Origin: Telmatocola sphagniphila
GTDB lineage: Bacteria; Planctomycetota; Planctomycetia; Gemmatales; Gemmataceae
NCBI RefSeq assembly: GCF_018398935.1
Contig: NZ_CP074694.1
Location: 3,330,001-3,362,000, forward strand
DNA: 32,000 nucleotides
Direction: 5' to 3'
Part shown: positions 24,824 to 32,000 of the stretch, one piece after another
Layout of the letters: the number at the start of each line of letters is the position of its first letter
Position numbering within the stretch: the stretch's first letter is position 1
The notes under the pieces: generated by a model
What the model was told of the DNA's origin: nothing
The model's database searches: none
What the model saw: only the letters and a program-made list of their open reading frames with translations
Position numbers and translations under genes: made by a program

Positions 24824-27541
24824 ATGTTGCACCCACGAGTTGAAGCTATGTATTCTATTGCAGCCGAAGTCCAACCTCCGACGATCATTCGATCCAACAT
24901 CTGGGGCAGACTTTTCGATTGCGTCAGTGAGGGTATAGAAATATACGACTTAGCCACCGGCAAGTTGGTAGACGTCAACCGTCCAATTTGCGATATGCAC
25001 GGCTATTCGAAGCTGGAATATCTCAGTAGTCCCCCCCAAACTCCTTTAGCTTTCGAGCACACGACGCTTGGTTTTGAGATGATGGCCGCGCGGCTCCGCG
25101 AAGGCGAGTCATTCTTTCAGGAATTCGAGAGGCGCCGAAAAGACGGAAGTTCGTTCCCAGCCGAAATTCGGGCGGAACTTTTCCAATCGGACAGAGAATA
25201 TCTCATTTTTCTGATCTCCGATATTTCGCAACGACGCCAGATCGAAAGTTCGCTTCGCGAGAGCGAACTGAAAATACGCACTATTCTCGACTCGGAACCG
25301 GAATGCGTGAAGTGCCTGGACGAGAATGGAATTGTCCTTCAGATTAATCCGGCCGGCGTGGCCATGATCGAGGCCGACTCCGCAAAGCAAGTTTTGAACC
25401 TGTGTGTTTTCCCATTGATCGTCCCGGAAGATCGGGAGCGCTATCGTGAAATGCTTCGAAGAGGGTTTTCCGGAGAATCGGTTACTCTCGAATACGAAAC
25501 CAACAGTCTGCGCGGCAACCGATTGATTTTTGAAACGCATTGCAGCCCCCTACGCGATTCCTCCAACAAAATCATTTCTCTGGTATCCATCACACGGGAC
25601 ATAACCGCCCGCAAAAAAGCTGAAAAAGCTCTATTCGCCAGCGAGGAGTTGTTTCGCACCTTCATGAATTACATTCCCATGGCGGCGTGGATTACCGATA
25701 CGCAGGGACGAGTTGTATTCGTGAGCGAAGGTTGTCGCAAACTTTTTCAGGTCTCCGATGGCGACTTAATTGGCAATGGATTTGCCAAACAGTTTCCGGA
25801 AGTCAGTACTTGCTTCAATTCTCAAAATCTCCCACATACGGATCTGGGCAATCGGCCATTCAAATCTTTGCATACCGGAATTCGTGCGGATGGCAGCAAG
25901 GGGGAATTTCTCGTCTACAAATTCCCGATTCGAACGGATCGGGAACTCGTAGGCGGAGTGGCGATCGATCTGACTGATCAGATTAAGATGCAGGAGGAGC
26001 TAATCTCGCTGGGACGGGCCGTTTCTGCTTCGACGCAGGGAATCCTGATTACCGATAACACTCTCCCGGAAAATCCGATCACTTATGTAAGCCCGGCCTT
26101 TGAAAGGCTGACCGGTTTTAGCCTTCAGGAGGCACTCGGACGAAACTGCCGGTTTCTGCAGGGTAAAGATACCGACCCGGCCAGTGTGGCCGTCATGCGT
26201 CAAACCATTAAATCCCAAACGTCCTGCAACATCGAAATTTTGAACTATCGCAAGGATGGCACGGCGTTCTGGAACGCGGTATTCATTAGCCCCATTCGGG
26301 ATGAGGCGGGCCGAGTTACGAATTTCATAGGCGTGCAGACGGATATTACCGAACGCCGTAAACTCGAAGAACAACTTCGGCAAGCCCTGAAAATGGAAGC
26401 GATCGGCCGTTTAGCCGGCGGAGTGGCCCATGACTTCAATAATTTGCTGACTGTGATTAACGGCTATAGCGATCTCCTGATCGAAAAATTGCGACCCGAA
26501 GATCCGATGCGGGATTTACTCGCAGAAATCCATAAAGCGGGTGAACGAGCCGGCGGATTAACCCGGCAGCTTCTGGCGTTCAGCCGGCAGCAGGTTCTCG
26601 AGCCCAAGATTTTGAACTTGAACGATGTACTATTTGAGAGTGAGAAATTGCTCCGGCGGTTGATCGGAGAAGATGTCATTCTCGATATTATTAAGGATCC
26701 TTCTCTCGGCTGTACCAAGCTCGACCCGGTTCAAATTGAACAGATCATCATCAATCTCTCGGTAAATGCCCAGGACGCGATGCCCCGGGGTGGGCTGTTG
26801 ACCATTCGCACCAGTTCTGAAAATGTCCTCGAAAACAACGCTCCGGGAACTTCCTCGATACCGCCGGGAGATTATATCTGCTTGAGCGTCCAGGATACGG
26901 GAATGGGCATCGATGACGACACACTCACTCGAATCTTCGAGCCCTTTTTTACGACCAAAGGTCTCGGCAAAGGCACCGGACTGGGTTTGTCCACGGTTCA
27001 TGGAATCGCCAGCCAATCTGGCGGTTATATCACCGTTTCCACGGCCGTCGGAAAAGGTACGACTTTCAAAATCTATTTTCCCAAGGTGGAATCCTCGGGC
27101 TGGAACAGAAAATCCATTATTAGTAACGGAAAGCTGCCTCGCGGCACCGAAACCATTCTGCTCGTCGAAGATGAGGATGCGGTTCGTATCTTGGCCAAGC
27201 ACATTTTGCGAACGTGCGGCTATACCGTACTGGACGCTCCAAATGGTAATGTTGCACTCGAGATCGCTCGAACCCATTTAGGGAATATCGATCTTCTGAT
27301 TTCCGATGTCGTGATGCCTTATCTGGGGGGCCGGGAACTCGCGGAGAAAATCCTCTCGATTCGACCCGATTGTCTCGTGTTATTTCTCTCGGGCTACACC
27401 GATGATGCCCTGCTGCGGCACGGCGTCCGCGAAGCGGAATTTGCCTTTTTACAAAAACCCTTTTCCCCGCCGCTGTTGGCCCATAAAGTTCGAGCGACTC
27501 TGGATGAAAAAACTCCCAGCCTTGAAGAAGTCTCCATTTAA
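24824..27541 (+). CDS. Multi-PAS LOV-domain hybrid histidine kinase (PAS x3, LOV, HisKA, HATPase_c, REC)
   Basis: Three PAS-like units are followed by the LOV motif GRNCRFLQG. The H-box is LAGGVAHDFNNLLTVINGYSDLL. The ATPase boxes read NLSVNAQDAMP, VQDTGMGID and GKGTGLGLSTVHGI. The C-terminal receiver reads TILLVEDEDAVR...LLISDVVMPYLGG...LQKPF. No Hpt domain is present. Confidence 0.9.
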   Translation: MLHPRVEAMYSIAAEVQPPTIIRSNIWGRLFDCVSEGIEIYDLATGKLVDVNRPICDMHGYSKLEYLSSPPQTPLAFEHTTLGFEMMAARLREGESFFQEFERRRKDGSSFPAEIRAELFQSDREYLIFLISDISQRRQIESSLRESELKIRTILDSEPECVKCLDENGIVLQINPAGVAMIEADSAKQVLNLCVFPLIVPEDRERYREMLRRGFSGESVTLEYETNSLRGNRLIFETHCSPLRDSSNKIISLVSITRDITARKKAEKALFASEELFRTFMNYIPMAAWITDTQGRVVFVSEGCRKLFQVSDGDLIGNGFAKQFPEVSTCFNSQNLPHTDLGNRPFKSLHTGIRADGSKGEFLVYKFPIRTDRELVGGVAIDLTDQIKMQEELISLGRAVSASTQGILITDNTLPENPITYVSPAFERLTGFSLQEALGRNCRFLQGKDTDPASVAVMRQTIKSQTSCNIEILNYRKDGTAFWNAVFISPIRDEAGRVTNFIGVQTDITERRKLEEQLRQALKMEAIGRLAGGVAHDFNNLLTVINGYSDLLIEKLRPEDPMRDLLAEIHKAGERAGGLTRQLLAFSRQQVLEPKILNLNDVLFESEKLLRRLIGEDVILDIIKDPSLGCTKLDPVQIEQIIINLSVNAQDAMPRGGLLTIRTSSENVLENNAPGTSSIPPGDYICLSVQDTGMGIDDDTLTRIFEPFFTTKGLGKGTGLGLSTVHGIASQSGGYITVSTAVGKGTTFKIYFPKVESSGWNRKSIISNGKLPRGTETILLVEDEDAVRILAKHILRTCGYTVLDAPNGNVALEIARTHLGNIDLLISDVVMPYLGGRELAEKILSIRPDCLVLFLSGYTDDALLRHGVREAEFAFLQKPFSPPLLAHKVRATLDEKTPSLEEVSI
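26021..26350 (+). other. LOV (light-oxygen-voltage) flavin-binding PAS domain, residues about 400-509 of the kinase
   Basis: GILITDNTLPENPITYVSPAFERLTGFSLQEALGRNCRFLQGKDTDPASVAVMRQTIKSQTSCNIEILNYRKDGTAFWNAVFISPIRDEAGRVTNFIGVQTDITERR can be lined up by eye with YtvA/phototropin LOV cores. The adduct-forming Cys442 codon is at 26147-26149. Confidence 0.85.
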
Positions 27542-27548
27542 GCAATCG

Positions 27549-27568
27549 AAGTCAGGTACCTGACTTTT
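27549..27568 (+). terminator. Weak hairpin after the LOV kinase stop; possible terminator
   Basis: AAGTCAGGTACCTGACTT is a perfect palindrome (27549-27566) followed by TTGG. The U-tract is short. Confidence 0.4.
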
Positions 27569-27635
27569 GGCGAACCCATCCCTTTCCGGTCCGCTCACTA
27601 TACGATACCTGAAGACATTCAATCTCGGCGGATGC

Positions 27636-27654
27636 ACGCCCGTTGTAGGGGCGT
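27636..27654 (+). promoter_or_regulatory. thrS leader stem-loop resembling a tRNA-Thr anticodon arm (candidate translational operator)
   Basis: A 6-bp stem (ACGCCC / GGGCGT) encloses the 7-nt loop GUUGUAG. Read as anticodon-loop positions 32-38 this gives U33, U34-G35-U36 and A37. It ends 13 nt upstream of the SD (AAGGAG, 27668-27673) and 28 nt upstream of the ATG at 27683. Confidence 0.3.
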
Positions 27655-27682
27655 ACTATCGCGTCGAAAGGAGATTCCTGTC

Positions 27683-29941
27683 ATGCTGACTCTGCAACTT
27701 CCCGATGGTTCGACCCGTCAAGTGAATCCAGGTACCCGTCCTCGGGAAATCGCCGAAGGGATTGGTAAGCGACTCGCTCAAGCCGCCATCGCCGCCAAGG
27801 TGAATGGTGCGATCGTAGATCTGGAGCGCGAAATCGAGGCTTCCGATCAACCGATAACCTTCCAACTGCTAACCGACAAGGACCGGGAATCGCTGGACGT
27901 TTTGCGACATAGTTGCGCTCACGTGATGGCCCGCGCCGTGATGCGACTCTTTCCCGGAACTCAACTGGCGTTCGGGCCGACCATCGAAAACGGCTTCTAT
28001 TACGACATTGACTCGCCTACTCCGATCACTGAGGCCGATTTTCCGAAAATCGAAGCGGAAATGAAAGCCATCGTCAAACAGGCCGAACCCTTCGAACGCT
28101 TCGAACGAAGTATACCGGAAGGACGAGGTCTGGTAGCCGATCTGAAACAGCGACTCAAGGTCGAGCACATCGATGAAGAACTGAAAAAATACCCCTCCAT
28201 CAGCTTCTATCGGCAGGGAGAATTCATCGATCTCTGTCGGGGCCCGCACATTCCCCACGCCGGGAAAATCGGGGCATTCAAACTTTTGAGTATTGCCGGG
28301 GCTTACTGGAAAAATGACGCCAGTCGCAAACAATTACAACGACTCTATGGCACCGCGTTCTTCACCCAGAAGGAACTCGATGCTTACCTCCTGCAAATAG
28401 AAGAAGCCAAGAAACGAGATCATCGGTTGCTAGGCAAGCAACTGAAGCTATTCACCATTTCGCAACAGGCCGGCCAGGGTCTGATTCTCTGGATGCCCAA
28501 AGGCGCGACCGTTCGACACCTGCTCGAAACTTTCATTCGGGAAGAACTGGTGAAACGGGGTTATTCGCCGGTTTACACTCCTCATATCGGCAACCTGAAC
28601 TTATACCGCACCTCCGGACACTTTCCCTACTATGCGGACGCCCAGTTTCCGCCGATCTATTTCAATCCGGTCGTGCAGACGGTCGATACCTGGTACACCC
28701 TATTGGAGAAAGGTAAACTCCTCCCGGAGAGAGAGGAATCTTTCCTGAAATTAGTGGAGGCGCTGAGCCGGGGCGAATTTCCGGAAGGGGCCGATGATTA
28801 TCCTCGTTATACCTGGAGCCAGATCTCGCTCGATATGCGAACCCTGCTGCTCGATTACCGGGAAGCGAAGGATGAGGAAGCGAAGAAACATTCTCTTAAG
28901 AACTGGATGAGTGGTCAGGAAGGCTATCTGCTCAAGCCGATGAATTGCCCTCATCACATTCAGATCTATAAGGCCGGGCCCAAGAGTTATCGCGATCTGC
29001 CGATCAAATTGGCGGAGTTCGGTACCGTCTATCGCTTCGAGCAATCGGGTGAACTCGGCGGGATGACTCGAGTACGCGGTTTCACCCAGGACGATGCGCA
29101 TCTGTTTGTCACTCCCGAGCAGGTGGAAGCCGAATTACGCAGCGAATTGGAACTGGTGCTGTTCATCCTTCGGACTCTGAATCTTACCGATTATCGCGTT
29201 CGCGTGAGCGTGCGGGATCCGGCCAGCAGCAAATATGTCGGTGCCCCTGAGCTTTGGGATAAAGCCGAAAAAACCCTGCTGGACATCGTCAAATCGACCG
29301 ATCTGAACTACGTCATCGGGGTTGGGGAAGCCGCTTTTTACGGCCCGAAGATCGACTTCATTGTGCGGGATTGCATCGGACGCGAGTGGCAGCTCGGCAC
29401 CGTGCAACTGGATTACAATCTCCCGAACCGCTTCGACCTGGAATATATCGGAGCGGACAACCAGAGACACCGACCGGTTATGCTGCACCGGGCCCCGTTC
29501 GGCAGCATGGAACGGTTCACCGGCATTCTGATCGAGCACTTCGCCGGGTCCTTCCCTCTTTGGCTGGCCCCCGAACAGGCAAGAATTGTGACGGTCTCCG
29601 ACAAGTTCATCGACTACGCCAGGGGCATCGAAACTCAACTGAAGGCAGCAGGGATTCGAGTGACCGGCGATTACCGGCCGGAAAAGATTGGTTCGAAGAT
29701 TCGAGACGGTTCCCTGGAGAAAATTCCCTACCTGCTGATCATTGGAGAAAAAGAACAAAATTCCAATACGGTCAGCCTCCGGGATGAATCGATTCCGGAT
29801 ATCAAACAGCGGGATATTGGAGCACTGGCCGTCGCCGATCTCTTATCGCGATTCAAGAGTGAGATCGAGGAGAAGCGAGTTCGAAACGTCAGCACGGCCA
29901 CCGCCGGCTTGACCGATGGTGCGGCAAAGTTCGGCGAATAA
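27683..29941 (+). CDS. thrS: Threonine--tRNA ligase (752 aa; carries an insertion of about 90 aa in the catalytic core)
   Basis: I chose the ATG at 27683 because AAGGAG lies 9 nt upstream. The TGS N-terminus is MLTLQLPDGSTRQV. The editing-domain motifs are HSCAH and CRGPH. The class II core reads YRTSGHFPYY, KPMNCPHH, FGTVYRFEQSGELGGMTRVRGFTQDDAHLF and HRAPFGSMERF. The anticodon-binding domain reads PLWLAPEQARIVTVS. Confidence 0.95.
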   Translation: MLTLQLPDGSTRQVNPGTRPREIAEGIGKRLAQAAIAAKVNGAIVDLEREIEASDQPITFQLLTDKDRESLDVLRHSCAHVMARAVMRLFPGTQLAFGPTIENGFYYDIDSPTPITEADFPKIEAEMKAIVKQAEPFERFERSIPEGRGLVADLKQRLKVEHIDEELKKYPSISFYRQGEFIDLCRGPHIPHAGKIGAFKLLSIAGAYWKNDASRKQLQRLYGTAFFTQKELDAYLLQIEEAKKRDHRLLGKQLKLFTISQQAGQGLILWMPKGATVRHLLETFIREELVKRGYSPVYTPHIGNLNLYRTSGHFPYYADAQFPPIYFNPVVQTVDTWYTLLEKGKLLPEREESFLKLVEALSRGEFPEGADDYPRYTWSQISLDMRTLLLDYREAKDEEAKKHSLKNWMSGQEGYLLKPMNCPHHIQIYKAGPKSYRDLPIKLAEFGTVYRFEQSGELGGMTRVRGFTQDDAHLFVTPEQVEAELRSELELVLFILRTLNLTDYRVRVSVRDPASSKYVGAPELWDKAEKTLLDIVKSTDLNYVIGVGEAAFYGPKIDFIVRDCIGREWQLGTVQLDYNLPNRFDLEYIGADNQRHRPVMLHRAPFGSMERFTGILIEHFAGSFPLWLAPEQARIVTVSDKFIDYARGIETQLKAAGIRVTGDYRPEKIGSKIRDGSLEKIPYLLIIGEKEQNSNTVSLRDESIPDIKQRDIGALAVADLLSRFKSEIEEKRVRNVSTATAGLTDGAAKFGE

Positions 29942-30129
29942 TCGCCTGGCTACTTGAATAAATAATGTTCTTCGTTCGCTGATTCCCGAAAAAATTAAAA
30001 TTGAGATTCTTCGGATTTTTCGCCGAGGAATCCACTAGCTGAATCCCAGTCAATCGCTTAGACTCATATTCAACTCATTCAGTCGACTGGCCTGAATCGC
30101 CAGCAGATCCGCTTATTTTGAGGCATACC

Positions 30130-32000
30130 ATGATTCGAATGACGGCTCTTCTCGTAGCGATACTCTTCTCGCAACCCATTTCAGCACAGGATGCCCCGCA
30201 AAAAATGGCTTCGGTTGAGGGAGTGACGGAATACAAGCTCTCCAATGGGGCTCGAGTTCTGCTCTACCCTGAAAATAGTCGTCCCAACATAACCATAAAC
30301 ATGACCGTACTCGTCGGTTCCCGACATGAAGGCTACGGCGAAACCGGCATGGCTCATCTACTTGAGCACATGGTTTTCAAAGGAACCCCCACCTTCCGAA
30401 ATGTTCCGAAGGCCATTCAGGACCACGGTGCGAATTTCAACGGCACTACGAATGAAGACCGCACTAACTACTTCGAGACCATGCCCGCCAGCGATGAGAA
30501 TCTGGAATTCGGGATCCAACTCGAATCGGACCGACTGGTGAACAGTTTCGTCCGCAGGGAGGATTTGATCTCGGAAATGACTGTGGTTCGAAACGAATTC
30601 GAACGGGGCGAGAATAACCCGGGAGGGATCCTGAATCAGAAGATCCACGCCGCCGCTTACGAATGGCACAATTACGGCAAATCCACCATTGGCAACCGCT
30701 CGGATATCGAACGGGTACCCATCGAAAATCTGCAGGCCTTCTACAAAAAGTTTTACCAGCCAGACAACGTCGTGCTGATTATCACCGGCAAGTTCGAAGA
30801 AGCCAATGCTTTGGCGTTGGTACAGAAATACTTGGGATCGATTCCCAAACCGAAACGGGTTCTCAGTGACACCTACACGGAAGAACCGGCTCAGGACGGT
30901 GAACGCTCGGTCACCCTTCGTCGCGTTGGAACCGTCGGCTCGGTCGGGATCGCCTATCACATGCCGGCGGCTTCCCATGCCGATTGGGCTCCTCTGAATC
31001 TCCTGGGAAATATCATCTCGCAGCAACCCAACGGACGGCTCTATAAGGCACTGGTTGAATCGAAGAAATCTTCCGGCGTATTTGCCAACGCGAGCAACAT
31101 GCATGACCCCGGACTTTTCATGGTCGCTGCTCAAGCCGAACCCGCCAAACTAGATGATGTTCGCGACACACTCATTCAAGTCATGGAGAATCTGGGGAAG
31201 GAAGCTTTTACCTCGGACGAGGTGGAGAGGGCCAAGGTACGCGTTAAACGGGGTGACGAACGTCGTTTCACAGACGCCGTGGCCATGTCGCAATCTTTGA
31301 GTTCGGCTTCTGCGTTAGGTGATTGGCGACTTCTGTTCATCCAGCGAGACCGCCTGGCCGCCGTGACTGCAGAGGATGTCAATCGCGTTGCCAAGGCCTA
31401 TTTCCAGCGTCAGAATCGAACCGTCGGCGTATACATCCCACAGGACAAACCGAACAGAATCTCCGTCCCCGCTTCCCCGAATCTCAAAGATGTCGTCAAG
31501 GATTATAAGGGGGGTGCCGTCACCGAGGCCGGGGAGGTCTTCGATCCTACGCCGGAAAATCTCGATACCCGTACGAAGATTGTTGAACTGGATGGTCTGA
31601 AAGTTGGTATGCTCGCAAAGAAAAATCGAGGAGAATCGGTTTCGCTGGTTCTGACTCTTCATTACGGGAATGAAGAATCCTTGCGGCCATTTGTCGGCGC
31701 GGCCGGCATGCTCCCGAATATGATGATGGCCGGAACGAAAAAACATGATCGCGAATCGCTGCGCGAAGAACTCGATCGACTCGGGATTCGCATCAGCGCC
31801 GGTATGGGCGGCGGTGGCGGTCGTCGCCCTGGGGGCGGACGCGGGGGCGCGGGCCCAGGTGGCACACCAGGGCAATTGACCTTCAGCGTGGAAGCTAAAA
31901 AATCGACTTTACCGCAGGCCATCACTCTGCTCGGTGAAATTTTGCGGGAACCCTCGTTCCCCGATGAAGAATTCGACACGATGAAACGCCGGGGCATTCT
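30130..32000 (+). CDS. Secreted M16 (pitrilysin/insulinase) family zinc peptidase with fused tandem M16 units; it runs off the right edge of the window
   Basis: I translated frame 1 by hand from the ATG at 30130, with GAGG 7 nt upstream: MIRMTALLVAILFSQPISAQDAPQ...VLVGSRHEGYGETGMAHLLEHMVFKGT...NGTTNEDRTNYFE. The inverted zinc motif HLLEH is at 30355-30369. The frame stays open to 32000, so the ORF track omits it. A second M16-like unit lacking HxxEH starts near 31570. Confidence 0.9.
   Translation, partial: MIRMTALLVAILFSQPISAQDAPQKMASVEGVTEYKLSNGARVLLYPENSRPNITINMTVLVGSRHEGYGETGMAHLLEHMVFKGTPTFRNVPKAIQDHGANFNGTTNEDRTNYFETMPASDENLEFGIQLESDRLVNSFVRREDLISEMTVVRNEFERGENNPGGILNQKIHAAAYEWHNYGKSTIGNRSDIERVPIENLQAFYKKFYQPDNVVLIITGKFEEANALALVQKYLGSIPKPKRVLSDTYTEEPAQDGERSVTLRRVGTVGSVGIAYHMPAASHADWAPLNLLGNIISQQPNGRLYKALVESKKSSGVFANASNMHDPGLFMVAAQAEPAKLDDVRDTLIQVMENLGKEAFTSDEVERAKVRVKRGDERRFTDAVAMSQSLSSASALGDWRLLFIQRDRLAAVTAEDVNRVAKAYFQRQNRTVGVYIPQDKPNRISVPASPNLKDVVKDYKGGAVTEAGEVFDPTPENLDTRTKIVELDGLKVGMLAKKNRGESVSLVLTLHYGNEESLRPFVGAAGMLPNMMMAGTKKHDRESLREELDRLGIRISAGMGGGGGRRPGGGRGGAGPGGTPGQLTFSVEAKKSTLPQAITLLGEILREPSFPDEEFDTMKRRGI

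Noticed and set aside
27632-27682. 17-codon N-terminal extension of thrS (MHARCRGVLSRRKEIPV)
   Set aside because: A strong SD (AAGGAG) sits 9 nt before the internal ATG at 27683, and MLTLQLPDGS is the canonical start of the TGS domain. The extension would translate through the leader hairpin and the SD.
29942-30129. Imperfect hairpin GATTCTTCGG...CCGAGGAATC (about 30008-30038) after thrS, considered as a terminator
   Set aside because: The stem contains a mismatch or wobble pair and is not followed by a U-tract. The evidence is too weak to call a feature.
30358-31997. Minus-strand ORFs of 258, 186 and 111 aa (30358-31134, 31315-31875, 31662-31997), including a proline-rich one
   Set aside because: They are antisense to the open-ended M16 peptidase frame, which carries HLLEH and a signal peptide. 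The proline run is simply the complement of the Gly-rich codons.
1-32000. Scan for CRISPR repeats, IS or transposase genes, integrases, phage genes, rRNA/tRNA and toxin-antitoxin or defence-system genes
   Set aside because: I recognised none. The only repeats are short hairpins and the homopurine tract, and every long ORF has a housekeeping, envelope or signalling assignment.

Overview
This 32 kb window is gene-dense chromosomal DNA of about 52-53% GC. I saw no rRNA, tRNA, CRISPR array or mobile element. I call 17 protein-coding genes, two of them cut by the window edges. The content points to a Planctomycetota/PVC-type genome, which is an inference from protein architectures:
- a PSCyt1-type planctomycete cytochrome c N-terminus (1-329, minus strand);
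- two divergently transcribed paralogous giant secreted proteins of the membrane-bound-dehydrogenase / HEAT / C-terminal CxxCH heme-binding type (481-3099 minus, 3338-7066 plus);
- a BatA-N-terminal/vWA membrane protein.

Housekeeping genes are pyruvate carboxylase (pyc), threonyl-tRNA synthetase (thrS), a NifS/IscS-type cysteine desulfurase, a sarcosine/N-methyltryptophan oxidase and a tandem M16 peptidase. Accessory genes are a secreted esterase, an SGNH hydrolase, and a YdjC/ChbG deacetylase paired with an ArnC/DPM1-type GT2.

The most interesting region is a signalling island at 20572-27541. A four-PAS hybrid histidine kinase with a canonical LOV blue-light domain (GRNCRFLQG) is transcribed divergently from a three-gene operon. 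That operon encodes a membrane-anchored thioredoxin-fold CxC protein, a hybrid kinase (His-rich 6-TM sensor, PAS, HK, REC, Hpt) and a response regulator. The regulator's output is an uncharacterised CxxC...H...CxxC module rather than a DNA-binding domain.

Other points worth checking are an anticodon-arm-like hairpin (loop GUUGUAG) just upstream of the thrS ribosome-binding site, an insertion of about 90 aa in the ThrRS catalytic core, and a possible polyprenyl-phosphate-aminosugar donor pathway. All functional assignments come from reading motifs in the supplied translations. No database search was run.
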